From NCBI GenBank assembly GCA_963777945.1, contig CAVZSN010000010.1, forward strand, positions 110,354 through 174,353: 64,000 nt of DNA. Direction: 5' to 3'. A program made the position numbers and the translations under genes. Source of the stretch: an uncultured Actinomycetota bacterium. GTDB taxonomy: Bacteria > Actinomycetota > Thermoleophilia > RBG-16-64-13. A model generated the notes under the pieces. That model was not told the origin of the DNA and did not search any database. It saw only the letters and a list, made by a program, of their open reading frames with translations. This document shows, piece after piece, positions 61,053 to 64,000 of this stretch (position 1 is its first letter; each line of letters starts with the position of its first letter).

Positions 61053-62253
61053 TCACTTAGTCGGCCAGCGATCGGCCACGCCGGGCAGTTCCGCTCCTTC
61101 GATGAACTCAAGTGACGCCCCGCCACCCATGGAGACGTGATCGATCCTGTCCGCCAGGCCTGAACGTGTTGAGCGCCGCGACGGAGTCCCCGCCGCCCGC
61201 GACGGTGACCCCCCGGCACTCGGCCATGGCCTCGGCCACGGCCTGGTCCCGGCGGCGAACGCCGCGATCTCGAACACGCCCATCGGGCCGTTCCAGAAGA
61301 CCGTGCCCGCCTCGGCGATGAGCGTCCCGATAGTCGCCGCGGTCGCCGGACCGATGTCCAGGCGCCATCCACCGTCGGGGATGGCGCCCGCACGGTACGA
61401 CCTGTCATCGTCGCCGCCTCCTCTTCGAGCGCTGTCCGCGACCACGACGTCGCTCGGCAAGCACCAGGTCGCACCGGCTGTGGCCGCCTTTCGCAGCGCC
61501 TCGGCCGCCAGGGCCAGGCCTTCCTCGTCGACCTTGCTCGCTCCGACCCGACAGTCCCTGCGCTTTGAGGAACGTCAGGCTCATGGCGCCGCCGATCAGC
61601 AGGCGGTCGGCCAGCTCGAGGAAGCGGTCGATCACCTTGATCTTGTCGGTGACCTTGGCGCCGCCCAGGACCACGACGAACGGCCGCTTCGGGCTCGGCC
61701 AGGAGCCCCTCGAGCGCCGTCACTTCCTTCTCCATCTGCAGGCCGGCCACGGCGGGCAGCACGGTCGCCAGCCCGGCGGTGGTGGCGTGAGCCCGGTGAG
61801 CAGCGCTGAAGGCGTCGTTGACGTAGACATCGCCCAGACGGGCCAGCTCCTTCACCAGCTCGGGATCGTTCTTCTTCTCGCGGGGGTCGAAGCGGGAGTT
61901 CTCCAGCAGGAGGACGTCGCCCGGCTGCATCGCCGCTACCGCGGCCTCCACCCCGGGCCCCGACAGCTCGTCGACCTTGCGCACCGGGATGCTCGCAGGA
62001 GCTGGCCCAGGCGCATGGCCACGGGGTCGAGCCGCAAGGCCGGATCGGGAGCGTCTTTGGGCCGGCCGAGGTGCGACATGAGGATGACGCGGCAGTTCTG
62101 CTCCCGCAGATACTCGATGGTGGGAAGTGCCGCCCGTATGCGGCTGTCGTCGGACACCCGCCCGTCCTTGAGGGGCACGTTGAAGTCGACCCGGACGAGG
62201 ACCCGCTTGTTGGCCAGGTCGATGTCGCGCACCGTCTTCTTCGTCATGTTCAC
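61053..62253 (-). CDS. pgk: phosphoglycerate kinase (frameshifted)
   Basis: [49 protein letters not shown]…[11 protein letters not shown]…, …[19 protein letters not shown]…, …[10 protein letters not shown]…GGGASLEF…. Confidence 0.9.
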
Positions 62254-62290
62254 ACCTTTCCTTCGATCGGCGCCTCGGCCGGCCTCAGGC

Positions 62291-63287
<997 letters not shown>

Positions 63288-63386
63288 CGACGAACACTCC
63301 TTCCATGGCCTCGGTCGCATGCTGTCAGCTCCCCTGATCGGCGCGAGCGGCATACTAGCATAAGCCCCTTCGCGCGCCCCTTCCGC

Positions 63387-64000
63387 TCAGCCGCCTCCAC
63401 CAGGCGGCGCAGACGGTGGTTGACGGCCGAGCGGGTGAGTCCCTCTCCGCCCGCCTCCGCCAACTCGGTGAGGTTCAGGTACGGGTAGCTGCAGACGCAG
63501 GTCGGCCATCTCCCTCAGCGCGGCGGGAAGCGTCTCCAGCCGGCCCGATCGCTGCAGGACGGCGATGGCTTCGAGCTGCTGCGAGGCGGCGGCGCTCGTG
63601 CGCCGGAGGTTGGCCGAGTCGCAGTTGGCCAGGCGGTTGGCGCGCGAGCGCACCTCTCTCACCACCGACTGCTCCTCTACCTGCAGCGCGGCCTCGTGCG
63701 CGCCGGCCAGCGCCAGCAGGCCGGCCACTTCGTCCCGCCCTTTCAGATAGACCACGTAGCTGCCCCGGCGGTACCGCATGCCCGGATGGAACTCCATGGC
63801 TGCCCAGCAGCCGGACCAGGTCGTCGGCGAAGGCCTCGTGCGGGGTGAGGATCTCCAGATGGGCTTCTCTCTGCGGAGAGTTGGCAGAGCCGGCGCCGAT
63901 GAGACACCCGCGCAGGAAGGCGCTGCGGCAGCAGCTCTTCTTGACAAGCCTGCGGGAGATGCCCGGCTCGCAGCTCGAAGGTGTCGCTGAGCACCCCCAT
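63387..64000 (-). CDS. whiA: DNA-binding protein WhiA, C-terminal part (gene continues beyond window end; frameshifted)
   Basis: …GSYVVYLKGRDEVAGLLALAGAHEAALQVEEQSVVREVRSRANRLANCDSANLRRTSAAASQQLEAIAVLQRSGRLETLPAALREMADLRLQ… HTH tail typical of WhiA. Conserved position upstream of gap-pgk-tpiA. Confidence 0.75.
   Translation of the reverse strand, partial: GGAQRHLRAASRASPAGLSRRAAAAAPSCAGVSSAPALPTLRREKPIWRSSPRTRPSPTTWSGCWAAMEFHPGMRYRRGSYVVYLKGRDEVAGLLALAGAHEAALQVEEQSVVREVRSRANRLANCDSANLRRTSAAASQQLEAIAVLQRSGRLETLPAALREMADLRLQLPVPEPHRVGGGGRRGTHPLGRQPPSAPPGGGG

Overview
High-GC (about 70%) bacterial chromosome segment. The 16S fragment at the window start and the whiA-gap-pgk-tpiA-secG and infC-rpmI-rplT-trmH-pheS-pheT-argCJB synteny point to a Gram-positive, Actinomycetota-like organism. 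The content is mostly core housekeeping genes, almost all on the minus strand: 16S rRNA 5' part, tyrS, mpg, an argC-J-B-R-G-H operon, pheST, rplT-rpmI-infC, thrS, metXW, nadE, a phosphohexomutase, lexA, a Lon-like protease, a NuoE/NuoF/FdhA-type formate dehydrogenase block preceded by lipA and larC, rdgB-rph-murI, sodA, RNase P RNA, a five-gene oligopeptide/dipeptide ABC transporter, secG and the glycolytic cluster. Six tRNA genes (Val, Cys, Gly, Met, Asn, Leu) are present. The most accessory-looking part (about 21.0-27.6 kb) is tRNA-punctuated, lower in GC and carries a secreted protein with a TTTTTAQP 24-bp tandem repeat, small membrane/Tudor-like/DUF4177-like ORFs, an RNase H domain gene, a NIF3 gene and a SnoaL-like gene. 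No CRISPR array, transposase, integrase or obvious defence system was recognised. Nearly every identifiable gene is broken by single-base frameshifts, including essential genes, so the sequence looks like an indel-rich raw long-read assembly rather than a pseudogene-laden genome. Gene ends given here are approximate for that reason.
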